64,000 nucleotides of DNA from Dehalococcoidales bacterium (GCA_034430755.1 DAOUDY010000028.1:3608-67607), one strand, 5' to 3'; counted from the first letter of the stretch, positions 45,189 through 55,083 are shown. Program-made: numbers and translations. The notes: a model not told the origin generated them from the letters alone.

Positions 45189-47879
45189 ATGAGCATGGAA
45201 AAAATCAAGGCGTTCTTTGAGCCGCGCAGCATCGCTCTCGTGGGAGCTACGGAACGCGAGGGGACCGTGGGGCGTACCGTGCTGGACAACTTGGTTATCG
45301 CCAAGGATAAGCGCAAGGTATTTCCCGTTAATCCCAACCGTGAGAAAATCCTCGACCTCAAGTGTTACCCCAGCCTGAGTGCCATCCCGGAGACGCCGGA
45401 GCTGGTGGTTATTGTGACCCAGGCGAAAACCGTCCCCGGCATAATTGAAGAATGCGGTAAGATGGGGGTCAAGGCGGTGGTCATCATTTCGGCCGGTTTC
45501 AAAGAGATTGGTGAAGAAGGGAAGGAACGCGAAGAGAAAATTATAAATCTGGGTAGAAAATACGGCATGAGGATTATCGGCCCCAACTGTCTTGGGGTGA
45601 TAAAGCCCGGTGCCCAGTTGAATGCCACCTTTGCCACCAAAATGTCCCGGCCGGGACACATTGCTTTCCTCTCGCAGAGCGGTGCCCTGGGCACGGCGGT
45701 GCTTGACTGGGCGGTGAGCCGGGAAATCGGTTTCAGCGCCTTTGTTTCGCTCGGCTCCATGCTTGACGTGGACTTTGGCGACTTAATCGACTATTTTGGT
45801 GAGGACCCTGATACCAGGAGCATAATAATTTATCTTGAATCATTTGGCGATTCCCTGACGCATGCCCGGAAATTCATGAGCGCGGCGAGAGGTTTTGCCC
45901 GCACCAAGCCAATTATCGTTATGAAGCCGGGCAAATTTAAGGAGAGTGCCCGGGCGGCGAAATCGCACACCGGGGCGATGGTCGGCGAGGACTCGTATTA
46001 TGAAGCCGCTTTTGACCGGGCGGGTGTGGTGCGGGTGGAGGAGATTGAAGACCTGTTTAACTGCGCCTCCATCCTGAATACCGCAGTGCTGCCCAAGGAG
46101 CCCAATTTAGCCATCATCACCAATGCCGGCGGCCCGGCGATACTGGCGACGGATGCACTGATGAGCCGGGGTGGTAAACTGGCGGAACTGGGCGAGGAGA
46201 CGGTTAAGGCGCTGGACGGCTTCCTGCCTCCTTACTGGAGCAAGGGCAATCCCATCGATATTCTGGGTGATGCTGACGCGGAGCGTTTCGCACAGACGAT
46301 TGAAACAGTGTTGAAAGATACCGGCGTGAACGGCGCCGTGATTATCTACACGCCGCAGGGCACGGCTACTCCGGGTGAGGTAGCCAGGGCGGTTATCAAG
46401 TGTGCCAAAAAGGCAAACAAACCGATTGTCACCGCCATGATGGGCACGGAAGAGGTCGCCGAGGGCAGGCAGCTTTTCTACGAGAATAATGTGCCGACAT
46501 ACGAATTTCCCGAGGAAGCCATAAAAACCTATCTGTATATGTACCATTATGCCCGCAACCTGGGGTCGCTGTATGAGACACCTGAGGACTTGCCCATGAA
46601 TATGGGTGCCCCCAAGAACTACCTGAAAATCCTTACCCGAAATGCTTTGAAGGCAAAAAAAGCGCTGCTCAGTGAGGAGGACGCCAAGAAGCTGCTCACC
46701 ACCTATGGAATCGCCGCAACCACGCCGCATTTTGCCCCGAATGCTGACAAAGCGGCCATTATTGCCTCGAACATCGGCTATCCGGTGGTGATGAAAATCG
46801 CTTCCCCGGACATTACCCATAAATCAGACGTCGGCGGGGTCAGGCTGAACCTCTCATCGGCGGACGCGGTGAAAAAAGCTTTTGGCGAAATGGTGGCCAA
46901 GGTACGGAAGCAGACGCCCAAGGCCAAAATCGATGGCGTCACCATTCAGGAGATGATGCCTGACTACGACTACGAGTTAATCATCGGCAGCAAGAAAGAC
47001 TCCATACTGGGGCCGGTTATCATGTTCGGACTCGGTGGCACGGAAGCGGAATTTTTCAAGGACATTGCTGTCGGTATCCCTCCCCTCAATCAGGTATTGG
47101 CCCGAAGGGTCCTGGAGCGGACCAAGACCTACCAGATGCTCTCGCAGGGATTCAGGGCAAGGCCGCCGGTCAATCTGCGCCTGCTGGATGAGGCCCTGGT
47201 CAGGGTGGCCAATTTGATAGTCGATTTTCCGGAGATAAAAGAACTTGACATAAATCCGCTGGTGGTCAGCGGTGATTGTGCCGTGGCCCTGGATGCGCGC
47301 ATAGTTCTCGATGACACGGTATTGCGGAAGGAGTCAGAGGAGTACGCTCATTTAATCATTTCACCCTACCCCACGCGGTATATTCAGCCCTGGCGCTGTT
47401 ATGATGGGAGGCAGGTGGTACTGCGGCCGATCCGTCCCGAGGATGAGCCACTGGAGCGTGAGCTTATCTCCGGGCTTTCTTCGGAGTCATCGCGGTTCCG
47501 GTTCTTCTACATCATCAAAGAGATAACCCACGAGATGCTCAGCAGGTTCTGTAACATAGATTACGACCGGGAGATGGCAATCATCGCCGAGTATAACGCG
47601 GACGGTAAGCGGAGAAACGTGGGTGTGGGGCGGCTCATCATTGAGCCGGGTGGGGAGGCGGGGGAATTCGCCATCGTGGTCGCTGACGATTTTCAGGGCA
47701 ACGGCCTTGGTATCAAGCTCCTCGATAGCCTGATTGGCATAGCCCAGGATAAGGGGTTGCAGCGCATCTACGGCATCGTGCTCAATGACAACACGAAGAT
47801 GCTGGGGCTGACCAAGAAGCTTGGTTTCAGCGCCAAGAGGCTCTCCGCCGAAGAAAGTCAGGTAACCCTCGTACTCTGA
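45189..47879 (+). CDS. ADP-forming acyl-CoA synthetase domains fused to C-terminal GNAT (Pat-type protein acetyltransferase architecture)
   Basis: 896 aa. CoA-binding N-terminus (SIALVGATEREGTVG), ligase-CoA and ATP-grasp regions, C-terminal GNAT with FQGNGLGIKLL. Confidence 0.85.
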   Translation: MSMEKIKAFFEPRSIALVGATEREGTVGRTVLDNLVIAKDKRKVFPVNPNREKILDLKCYPSLSAIPETPELVVIVTQAKTVPGIIEECGKMGVKAVVIISAGFKEIGEEGKEREEKIINLGRKYGMRIIGPNCLGVIKPGAQLNATFATKMSRPGHIAFLSQSGALGTAVLDWAVSREIGFSAFVSLGSMLDVDFGDLIDYFGEDPDTRSIIIYLESFGDSLTHARKFMSAARGFARTKPIIVMKPGKFKESARAAKSHTGAMVGEDSYYEAAFDRAGVVRVEEIEDLFNCASILNTAVLPKEPNLAIITNAGGPAILATDALMSRGGKLAELGEETVKALDGFLPPYWSKGNPIDILGDADAERFAQTIETVLKDTGVNGAVIIYTPQGTATPGEVARAVIKCAKKANKPIVTAMMGTEEVAEGRQLFYENNVPTYEFPEEAIKTYLYMYHYARNLGSLYETPEDLPMNMGAPKNYLKILTRNALKAKKALLSEEDAKKLLTTYGIAATTPHFAPNADKAAIIASNIGYPVVMKIASPDITHKSDVGGVRLNLSSADAVKKAFGEMVAKVRKQTPKAKIDGVTIQEMMPDYDYELIIGSKKDSILGPVIMFGLGGTEAEFFKDIAVGIPPLNQVLARRVLERTKTYQMLSQGFRARPPVNLRLLDEALVRVANLIVDFPEIKELDINPLVVSGDCAVALDARIVLDDTVLRKESEEYAHLIISPYPTRYIQPWRCYDGRQVVLRPIRPEDEPLERELISGLSSESSRFRFFYIIKEITHEMLSRFCNIDYDREMAIIAEYNADGKRRNVGVGRLIIEPGGEAGEFAIVVADDFQGNGLGIKLLDSLIGIAQDKGLQRIYGIVLNDNTKMLGLTKKLGFSAKRLSAEESQVTLVL

Positions 47880-47912
47880 AAAGGAACCGCCCCGATTTTC
47901 ATCGAGGCGGTT
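47879..47912 (-). terminator. probable terminator of the second TRAP operon (hairpin shared with the convergent gene end)
   Basis: aaccgcc-ccgat-tttc-atcga-ggcggtt. On the minus-strand RNA this forms a ~12-bp stem with a GAAA loop (one G-U), followed by CCTTTTC. On the plus strand the same position is a C/A mismatch and no U-tract follows. Confidence 0.5.
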
Positions 47913-47937
47913 GCGCGGTCAGAAATTTCCGTTACGG

Positions 47938-49281
47938 CTAAAAGCCTCTTATCATCTGCCCAGGGAGCCAGAGGATTATCTGGGGGAAGGTGATGAGCAG
48001 CCCAAGACCAATAAGGATGATGATGATATATGGGATTACGCCGCGTATGATGTGCCCCGTTTGGACACCCAATGATGGGTCAGCCGCACCTCTGAGATAG
48101 AATATGGCGTAGGCAAATGGCGGCGTCAGGAATGAGGTCTGGAGGTTGACGCAGATCATCATGGCGAACCAGAGCTTGTCAAAACCGAGTGCCTCACCTA
48201 CCGGTGTTATTATGGGAACGACAATGAATAATATTCCCAGCCAGTCAATGAAGTAGCCCAGCAGAAAGACGATGAACATGATAATGGCGAAGATGCCCCA
48301 CTTCCCGCCGGGAGCGCCGAGAATCAGTTCTTTAACGATATCTCCGCCACCGGCGCGCATAAATACGCCGACGAAGGCATAAGCGGTGGCGCCGATGAGG
48401 AGCACCATGCCGGTTACTTTTACCGACTCCGTAGCGGTGTCTTTAAGAATTTGGAAGCTAAATTTGCGGTAAACAACGGCCAGAAGTGTGGCCACGAGGG
48501 CACCGACGGCGGCGGCTTCAGTTGGCGCAGCGATGCCGAAGAAGATGCTGCCTAGGACGCCCATAATGAGCACTCCTGGTGGTATGAGTGAGATTATGAG
48601 CTCATATATTTTCTTTCCCCAGGGTACGGCCCTTTCCGCCAAAGGCACGGGGGGTGCAATATGCGGCTGGACAAAGCTGTGTATGGTGATATAAATACAG
48701 TACATAGCGGAAAGCATGAAGCCGGGCATGAAGGCGCCGAAGAACAACTTACCTACGGAAAGTGACGCCATGGGGCCATAGACCACCAGCATGATGCTGG
48801 GCGGAATAAGGATGCCAAGTGTACCCCCGGCACAGACGGCGCCACAGGCCAGAGATTTGCTGTAGCCCCGCTTTATCATCTCGGGAAGGGCGATTATGGC
48901 CAGCGCGGTAACCGAGGCGCCGATGATGCCCACGCAGGCGGCAAGGATGGTGCCGATTAATATGGTGATGACCGCCAGGCCGCCCCGAAAACCGCTTAAC
49001 CATAAATACATGGCGGAAAACATACGTTCCGTTATCCCTGAGTAACCAAGCATGATGCCCATGAAGATAAAGCCGGGCACTGCCAGCAGGATATAGTTGT
49101 TGATTAATTCAAAAAGGCGCTGGTAGATGAGCTGTAGCGAGATATCCACCCCGAAGAGGAGAATGCCCATGACGATGCCGATGCCGCCGACAACCATGGC
49201 CAGCGGGTAACCGACCAGGACCCCGACCAGGATACCACCGAGCATGATAAAGGTAACCAGTTCCGGATCAACATTAATCAT
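47938..49281 (-). CDS. TRAP transporter large permease (DctM family), paralog 2
   Basis: 447 aa. Collinear and highly similar to 3795..5132. Confidence 0.9.
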   Translation of the reverse strand: MINVDPELVTFIMLGGILVGVLVGYPLAMVVGGIGIVMGILLFGVDISLQLIYQRLFELINNYILLAVPGFIFMGIMLGYSGITERMFSAMYLWLSGFRGGLAVITILIGTILAACVGIIGASVTALAIIALPEMIKRGYSKSLACGAVCAGGTLGILIPPSIMLVVYGPMASLSVGKLFFGAFMPGFMLSAMYCIYITIHSFVQPHIAPPVPLAERAVPWGKKIYELIISLIPPGVLIMGVLGSIFFGIAAPTEAAAVGALVATLLAVVYRKFSFQILKDTATESVKVTGMVLLIGATAYAFVGVFMRAGGGDIVKELILGAPGGKWGIFAIIMFIVFLLGYFIDWLGILFIVVPIITPVGEALGFDKLWFAMMICVNLQTSFLTPPFAYAIFYLRGAADPSLGVQTGHIIRGVIPYIIIILIGLGLLITFPQIILWLPGQMIRGF

Positions 49282-49783
49282 GGGCCTTATTCCTCACTAG
49301 CCGATATAAATCACGATAGAATTGGGCAAGAGCCTGCAGGGAAAACAGGCACAGCCCGATAAACACGGCGGTTCGTACCGGGCCGGTTATCGGGTACCAG
49401 AAAGTCATGAGCGACCTCTCGGTGGTTGACCAGGCATACCACATCCACCACCAGCCGGCATAGGTTAGCAAACCGATAAGTGGCAGAAGAAACAATATCG
49501 CACAGACGACGTCAACGATTGCCTGCATTCTCGCGGGCAGGCGTGCGTAGAAAACATCCACCCTGATATGCCGTTTATGGAGGTGGACATATCCCCAGCA
49601 GAGTGAGTACAGTGCCGCCCCGGAGAAGCTGGCGAGCACCGGCCCCTGAATCGTGGGCTTGTTCAATACATAACGCATGAACACCTCGGCGCAGATAATC
49701 AGCATGAGAAAGATCATAAGCCATCTGACGGACCTGCCCGACCATTCATTAGCGTTGTCGATTGCCTTTATTATTTTTCTCAT
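49274..49783 (-). CDS. TRAP transporter small permease (DctQ family), paralog 2
   Basis: 169 aa. HIRVDVFY..LP.R and LVRNKAHD C-terminus. Confidence 0.8.
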   Translation of the reverse strand: MRKIIKAIDNANEWSGRSVRWLMIFLMLIICAEVFMRYVLNKPTIQGPVLASFSGAALYSLCWGYVHLHKRHIRVDVFYARLPARMQAIVDVVCAILFLLPLIGLLTYAGWWWMWYAWSTTERSLMTFWYPITGPVRTAVFIGLCLFSLQALAQFYRDLYRLVRNKAHD

Positions 49784-49826
49784 TTTCGATTATATTCGGC
49801 TTTCTTTATTTATTGTGTCCCCACTC

Positions 49827-49860
49827 CGCGGCTAGCCGTGGAGTGGGGACAAACCGTGAT
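49827..49860 (-). promoter_or_regulatory. intercistronic stem-loop between TRAP binding-protein and permease genes (paralog 2)
   Basis: gtccccactccgcgg-ctag-ccgtggagtggggac: 15-nt arms with one non-Watson-Crick position, 4-nt loop. Same position and geometry as 5677..5710. Confidence 0.55.
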
Positions 49861-49885
49861 TCAGTAGCGCACGACTTGCTAGGCT

Positions 49886-51037
49886 TTAGTCTTTGGGCTT
49901 GGCCCAAGCAGGAAGTCCGTATAAAGAATCCCAGTTCTTGGCAAAGGCACGCTGGGACTCCAGCACTTCCTTGGTTTCGGGATATTTGAGAGCCACCTCA
50001 TCATAGTACGCGGCAGCTTCCTTGGCGAAAGCGTCTTCGATTACGCCGGGCAGCGGGCCCACGATGTTCCCGTAGTCCCTGAATTTATCGAGTGCCGCTG
50101 CGTCACCGGAGGTGAGCATGGTATGGTACCTGATTGCCTCTGACCGGCCGCAGTCCTCGATAATTATCTTGAGGTCATCGGGCAGGGCCTCGAACTTGCT
50201 CCGCTTGACCATCAACTGGTAGACCTCGGTGGGCGCCCGGATAGGACAGAGATAAACATACTTGCCCACCTCGTTCAGGCCCATCTCCCAGTCAAACCGC
50301 GGTGAGCTGCATTCAAAGGCATCGATGACGCCGCGCTTCATTGACTCAAAGATTTCACCCAAAGGCATGAAGACCGAGCCGACACCCATCCTTGCCAGTA
50401 CGGCACCGCCGTCGCCGGAGCATCGCATCTTCAGCCCATCCAGGTCATCGGGGGTTTTCAGCTCCTTGTCAAGGTGGGCGAATATCTCGGGCGGACCGTG
50501 GAAACCGGCTCCCTTGATATCCAGCATATCATACCCCAGGTCCACGTACCACTTGTTAATCAGGTCGGAACCGACGGTATCCATCCAGATTAAATGGGGC
50601 AGAGGCGGTATGCCGCCCACCCTCTGCGAAATCAGGGTGCCAAAGTGGATCTCAGCATTCATGTAGGAACCGCCACCGCCGCAGAAGTCCACAACGCCGG
50701 TATGGACTGCTTTCCACTCCTCGGTTGCCGGGCAGACAGCGCCGGCTGGATTAACTTTCCAAACCATGCGTCCCTGGCTGGCCTCCCCGATTCGGGCAGC
50801 CACTCTCTCCAATCCAACAGTCACTGGCATACCAGCGGGGAGAGATGACTGACCGATCCAGGTAATAACTTCTGCCGGTGCGGCTGGAGCCGGAGCTGGA
50901 GCCGGGGTAGGGGCTGGTGCTGGTGCTGGAGCTGGAGCCGGGGCAGGTGCAGGAGCAGGAGCGGCACAACCGACAGCAACAACGCTGCTGATAAGTGCCA
51001 GCACCATAACCGCGGCGATTATTCTTCCTTTCTTCAT
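49886..51037 (-). CDS. TRAP transporter substrate-binding lipoprotein (DctP family) with Ala-Pro tether
   Basis: 383 aa. Lipobox VAVGC, then A(AP)9-TP-(AP)3-AAPA, then a DctP-like domain only distantly similar to the first binding protein. Confidence 0.85.
   Translation of the reverse strand: MKKGRIIAAVMVLALISSVVAVGCAAPAPAPAPAPAPAPAPAPTPAPAPAPAAPAEVITWIGQSSLPAGMPVTVGLERVAARIGEASQGRMVWKVNPAGAVCPATEEWKAVHTGVVDFCGGGGSYMNAEIHFGTLISQRVGGIPPLPHLIWMDTVGSDLINKWYVDLGYDMLDIKGAGFHGPPEIFAHLDKELKTPDDLDGLKMRCSGDGGAVLARMGVGSVFMPLGEIFESMKRGVIDAFECSSPRFDWEMGLNEVGKYVYLCPIRAPTEVYQLMVKRSKFEALPDDLKIIIEDCGRSEAIRYHTMLTSGDAAALDKFRDYGNIVGPLPGVIEDAFAKEAAAYYDEVALKYPETKEVLESQRAFAKNWDSLYGLPAWAKPKD
50873..50965 (-). repeat. 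coding Ala-Pro repeat, (AP)9 TP (AP)3
   Basis: Codon-by-codon translation of the minus strand: residues 25-55 of the binding protein. Confidence 0.9.
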
Positions 51038-51661
51038 TTACTCCTCCTCAGCAAATTTTTAACCAGCGATTCCTCGATTGATTTTTGAAATCTATCACCC
51101 CCTTTATTAGGATATTCACCTTTAATTCTGATTTGTTAAAATCAAATAGTTCATCAGGTTAACTACCGTGCGCAAAATCGGGAAAACGCTGGCTACTGAA
51201 CTAATTGATCGAGGAATACAATTACCCAGCTATGTGCAGGAGAGGGACTTGTGGCCGCTCGCTTCTAACTCTTCACTGGCAAAGCATACCCATCTGTTCG
51301 GTTGACAGATATATGCCGTCCGCCAGATTGAGTTCCGAGCCATATCAGGCTATTACTTTGGGCAATTGCTTTTAATTCCCTTGCCTTTAACTCCTTTCGC
51401 CAAACTGCTTAAAATCTTATGATTGCTATATATAGACGAAAGGCTTACTATTGCCTGATATTTAACGGTAGATTTCTGAAATTAATTATAGCACGGCCTG
51501 TCAAGTATATATAGAAGTATACATGAGATATTTCATTATTAGGGATAAAAGGGGGGCATTGGGTCCCAAAGAATGGCCCAGGTCCGGAAGAGACCGCACT
51601 ACTGGCCGTACTGACTGAAATTTGGTAATATAATAGGAGTCAATGGTAAAGACGAATTTTT

Positions 51662-52549
51662 ATGGAGGGAACATTGATAGTTACTGATAAACTCGTTATT
51701 TGCGTTGCTCCTTGCGGCAGTTTTCTGGGCAAGGATGCAAATCCTGATATCCCAACCAATCCGAAAGAAATTGCGGAAGAAGTTTACCGTTCCTGGAATG
51801 AGGGCGCTTCTATGGCCCATATCCACGCCCGAAATAAAGAGGGCATAGCCACTACCGACCCGGAAGTCTTCAGCGAAATCGCCCGCCTTATAAGAAGCAA
51901 GAACTGTGATATTATTCTTGAATTCAGCACTTCTCCAGGGCGTGAAGAGGGGGCTAGTGTTGAAGATGGATTCAGAGTCCTTGAGGCAGGCCCGGAACTG
52001 GTATCCTTCAACGTTGGGGTTGCTGTCTTTATGCGTGCGGGAAAAGAACAACTCAGGCCATGGACCCGTTCCTTTGGCGAAAGAATGCTCAAGGAGTTGC
52101 TGGATAGGGGTATAAAACCTGAGTTTGAACTGCATGGCGGCTTGGGTAGTCTGGCCGTGGAAGTCAAATATTTCATTGAAAATTTCCCGCTCCCCAAGCC
52201 TTACTGGATTGACTTTCCCCTGGGAATGCAGAGGACGGCACAGAATGCGACTCCCTATACGCCGAGAACTATGATGCATCTGGTTGACCAGCTTCCTCCG
52301 GATTCGATGTTCATGACTCTTGCCGTCGGTGCTGACGAGACACCGGCGGTAGTTCAATCGATTCTCCTGGGCGGTCACGCACGGGTCGGTTTTGAGGATA
52401 ACATATATTACAGTAGAGGTGTTCTTGCCAGAAGCAACGCCGAGTTCGTCACCAGAATAGCTCGCATAGGTACTGACCTCGGTCGAAAAGTAGCTACACC
52501 AGAAGAAGCACGGGAACTGTTAGGGATACCGGGGCTGAAAAGCAAATAG
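51662..52549 (+). CDS. beta-keto acid cleavage enzyme (BKACE / 3-keto-5-aminohexanoate cleavage enzyme family, DUF849)
   Basis: 295 aa. VICVAPCG, AHIHARN and LGGHARVGFEDN motifs. The real start may be in-frame TTG 51674, which follows GGAGGG (51664-51669). A 100-nt sample I hand-counted in this gene is 43% GC, versus 58% for a sample in the neighbouring TRAP gene. Confidence 0.85.
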   Translation: MEGTLIVTDKLVICVAPCGSFLGKDANPDIPTNPKEIAEEVYRSWNEGASMAHIHARNKEGIATTDPEVFSEIARLIRSKNCDIILEFSTSPGREEGASVEDGFRVLEAGPELVSFNVGVAVFMRAGKEQLRPWTRSFGERMLKELLDRGIKPEFELHGGLGSLAVEVKYFIENFPLPKPYWIDFPLGMQRTAQNATPYTPRTMMHLVDQLPPDSMFMTLAVGADETPAVVQSILLGGHARVGFEDNIYYSRGVLARSNAEFVTRIARIGTDLGRKVATPEEARELLGIPGLKSK

Positions 52550-52619
52550 CAAAGATGAAGTAGTTCAAGCGTAACAAAAAGACGTGATGTTTCCGGTGGG
52601 TTCCTTGTAATCCAGATAT

Positions 52620-53768
52620 TTACTCGACGGATGATTCGCGACTGTACAGGCGTTCTTTCCAGCGTACACCGGCCCCAACCGCGCGCCGAAAAACAGCACA
52701 GAAGGCGGCGAAAAAAAGGAATGAGAGCCCGAAAGGGTGCAGGAAGGCCGAAATAAACGGTTCTTTGAAACGGCTGTCCACCCGCCAGCGCATAAACAGT
52801 ATTAAGCCCACCTGGGAGATAACGACGATGCGCAGGGTAGCAGAGCCCATGACCACAAAGAGCTCCCGCCAGAGATGATAGAACGGTGCCAGGTAGAAAA
52901 AGTAGGCCGCGGCCATCATGAGTGTCAGTGCAATCGGGGAGAGTGAGGCCACCGAGTAAATCCACTTGATAAAGCCCTCCAGCATGGCACCCACGTTGCG
53001 GTACATATTGCAGGAGACTGCGGGCGACAGGTCAACCGCCACCTGTCGGCCACGTCGGCGGCTTACCTCAACGCCCAGCCAGACATCTTCCAGAATACGT
53101 GATTTCACCGCTTCATGGCCGCCAATGCGCCAGTATTCTTCTCTGGGAAGGAGCAAAAACTGGCCGATGGCCAGCGAGGGTTTTGGCTCTTTGGAGCGCT
53201 GCAACCACCAGAGCGGGAACCAGGTAAGGATGATGAAGTACAACACCGGGATGGCAATTTTCTGGGGCAGGGAGTGAGCCAGCTGACGCGGAAAACCGGA
53301 GAGAAGTGAGGAATTCAGGCGGAGCGCCTGGGCCAGAGCACTGCGCAGCATATCGGGAGCGTGTATCGTATCAGCGTCAACAAAAAGAAGCCAGGAACCA
53401 CCGGCCTGCTTGGCCAGCTGATAGCAGGCGAAGGACTTGCCCGTCCAGCCCTTGGGCAGCGGCTCGCCGCTAAGGGGGTGTACACGGCTATCCCCGGCGG
53501 CGATATTTTCCACTATTGCCCCCGTACTGTCTGACGAATTATCGTCCAGCACCACGATTTCGTAGTTGGGATAGTCCTGCTCCTGCAGCGACTCAAGGCA
53601 GGCGGCGATATTTGTCTCCTCATCCCGGGCGGGGACAAGGACGGAAATGAAGGGAGCCGGCTCAGGGATTTTCTCATCGCGGCGCAGTGTCCTGAGGTTT
53701 CTCAGATTAAGCGTCAGGTTAATCATGAAGATAAAAAGCCCGGCGACGATTATTCCCTGATAAAGCAT
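52620..53768 (-). CDS. family 2 glycosyltransferase, membrane-bound
   Basis: 382 aa. SVLVPARDEE, VLDDNSSDST, FVDADT (DxD). N- and C-terminal TM segments. Confidence 0.8.
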   Translation of the reverse strand: MLYQGIIVAGLFIFMINLTLNLRNLRTLRRDEKIPEPAPFISVLVPARDEETNIAACLESLQEQDYPNYEIVVLDDNSSDSTGAIVENIAAGDSRVHPLSGEPLPKGWTGKSFACYQLAKQAGGSWLLFVDADTIHAPDMLRSALAQALRLNSSLLSGFPRQLAHSLPQKIAIPVLYFIILTWFPLWWLQRSKEPKPSLAIGQFLLLPREEYWRIGGHEAVKSRILEDVWLGVEVSRRRGRQVAVDLSPAVSCNMYRNVGAMLEGFIKWIYSVASLSPIALTLMMAAAYFFYLAPFYHLWRELFVVMGSATLRIVVISQVGLILFMRWRVDSRFKEPFISAFLHPFGLSFLFFAAFCAVFRRAVGAGVRWKERLYSRESSVE

Positions 53769-53793
53769 TCCCTTAGCCCTCTTATTTTACGCA

Positions 53794-54447
53794 TTAACTT
53801 CTTGACTGGTACCACCGAACGGGTTTCAGTCTGAATCTGGGGATGGTTTTCAGGTTTCCATATTGTTTGATGGTAAAGAGTATCAGGACGCCAAGTGTGA
53901 ACAGTATTTCCCATGAGCTACCATGCGTAATTATCAGGTAGGCCAGTGCACCAGCCGGAGCTGACATGGCCATCCAGGCGTCCTGCTCAATAAGAAGAAA
54001 GGCGGTGACAATGCAGGCAGTGAAGATAACCAGCAGATGGTACTGGGGAAGCGCCAGGAGGACCCCGCCGGTAACCGCGATTGCCTTGCCGCCTCTAAAA
54101 TGCAGAAACGGAGAGAAGGCGTGGCCGAGTATGGCACTCAACCCGATGGTGGCAAGCAGCAGTTCCGGTAGCCCGAAGCGATAGTGAGCGATGAAGACAA
54201 AAGGGAATCCCTTTCCAATATCAAGGGCAATGGCAATCAGGCCGGTCTTCACATCGCCGGCCCGGAAGACATTTACCGCGCCGGGGTTGCCATCACCGTA
54301 TTCCCGGATATCTTTATTCAAAAGCCACCGCCCCACCAGGAGGGAGAAAGGGCAGGCCCCCAGCAGGTAAGCCGCCGCCGCCAGCACTATTGTGATTGTT
54401 ACGTCCGTCACGGTGTCGTAGGTAGTATAAGGCAAAAAGGCGGTCAA
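53794..54447 (-). CDS. plsY: glycerol-3-phosphate acyltransferase PlsY
   Basis: 217 aa. GDGNPGAVNVFRA and GGKAIAV motifs, 5-6 TM. Confidence 0.85.
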   Translation of the reverse strand: MTAFLPYTTYDTVTDVTITIVLAAAAYLLGACPFSLLVGRWLLNKDIREYGDGNPGAVNVFRAGDVKTGLIAIALDIGKGFPFVFIAHYRFGLPELLLATIGLSAILGHAFSPFLHFRGGKAIAVTGGVLLALPQYHLLVIFTACIVTAFLLIEQDAWMAMSAPAGALAYLIITHGSSWEILFTLGVLILFTIKQYGNLKTIPRFRLKPVRWYQSRS

Positions 54448-54562
54448 GTAAAGACCTTATTTGGGCTACTTCCTGTAAAGCACGGAGTTCGGCATTATGC
54501 AGTTGACGGGCTTTGGGGCGGGTGCTATTCTTGTGCTGAAAACTGGTGATATGGTACTGAGA

Positions 54563-55081
54563 ATGAGCAAGATGGGCATTGTCATTATCGGCATGGCCGG
54601 CGTCGGCAAGTCCACCATCGGCTCGGCTCTGGCACAGGCCCTTGGGTTTGGTTTTCTGGATGTGGACGACTACATCTGGCAGAAAGACGGGAAGCGGATA
54701 CAGGAACTCATCGATAGCGAGGGTGAGGAAGCATTCCTGCAGCTGGAAAAGCGCCGCATGTTCGAGATAAAATTGCCGCGAATGGTGGTGGCGCCGGGGG
54801 GCAGCGTTATCTACCATCCTGACCTTATGGACTATCTTGAAGAGAACGCGGTGCTCATTTATCTGGATGATTCCTTTGCCAATATAGAGGCCAAGCTGAC
54901 CGGCGGCCTTGGCCGGGGAATCGTCGGGTTGAGATACAAGACGCTGCGGCAGATTTACGAGGAGCGGAGGCCTCTCTACTTCAAATACGCCGATATCACC
55001 ACCGATTGCCGGGGAAAAGAGCAGGACAGAATAGTCACCGAGGTAATAGAGCGCTATCGCCGGTACATTAAAGGAGGATAG
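54563..55081 (+). CDS. aroK: shikimate kinase
   Basis: GMAGVGKSTIGSALAQALGFGFLDVDDYI (Walker A + Asp pair). Start uncertain among ATG 54551/54563/54572; track ORF starts at 54497. Confidence 0.8.
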   Translation: MSKMGIVIIGMAGVGKSTIGSALAQALGFGFLDVDDYIWQKDGKRIQELIDSEGEEAFLQLEKRRMFEIKLPRMVVAPGGSVIYHPDLMDYLEENAVLIYLDDSFANIEAKLTGGLGRGIVGLRYKTLRQIYEERRPLYFKYADITTDCRGKEQDRIVTEVIERYRRYIKGG

Positions 55082-55083
55082 CC

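Noticed and set aside
46107-46820. 237-aa minus-strand ORF inside the Pat-like gene
   Set aside because: It is antisense to an 896-aa ORF with clear domain motifs, and its translation is His/Arg/Gly-rich noise.
51599-52378. 259-aa minus-strand ORF opposite the BKACE gene
   Set aside because: The plus-strand frame carries the BKACE motifs (HIHARN, GGHARVGFEDN). The antisense frame has no recognisable features or SD.
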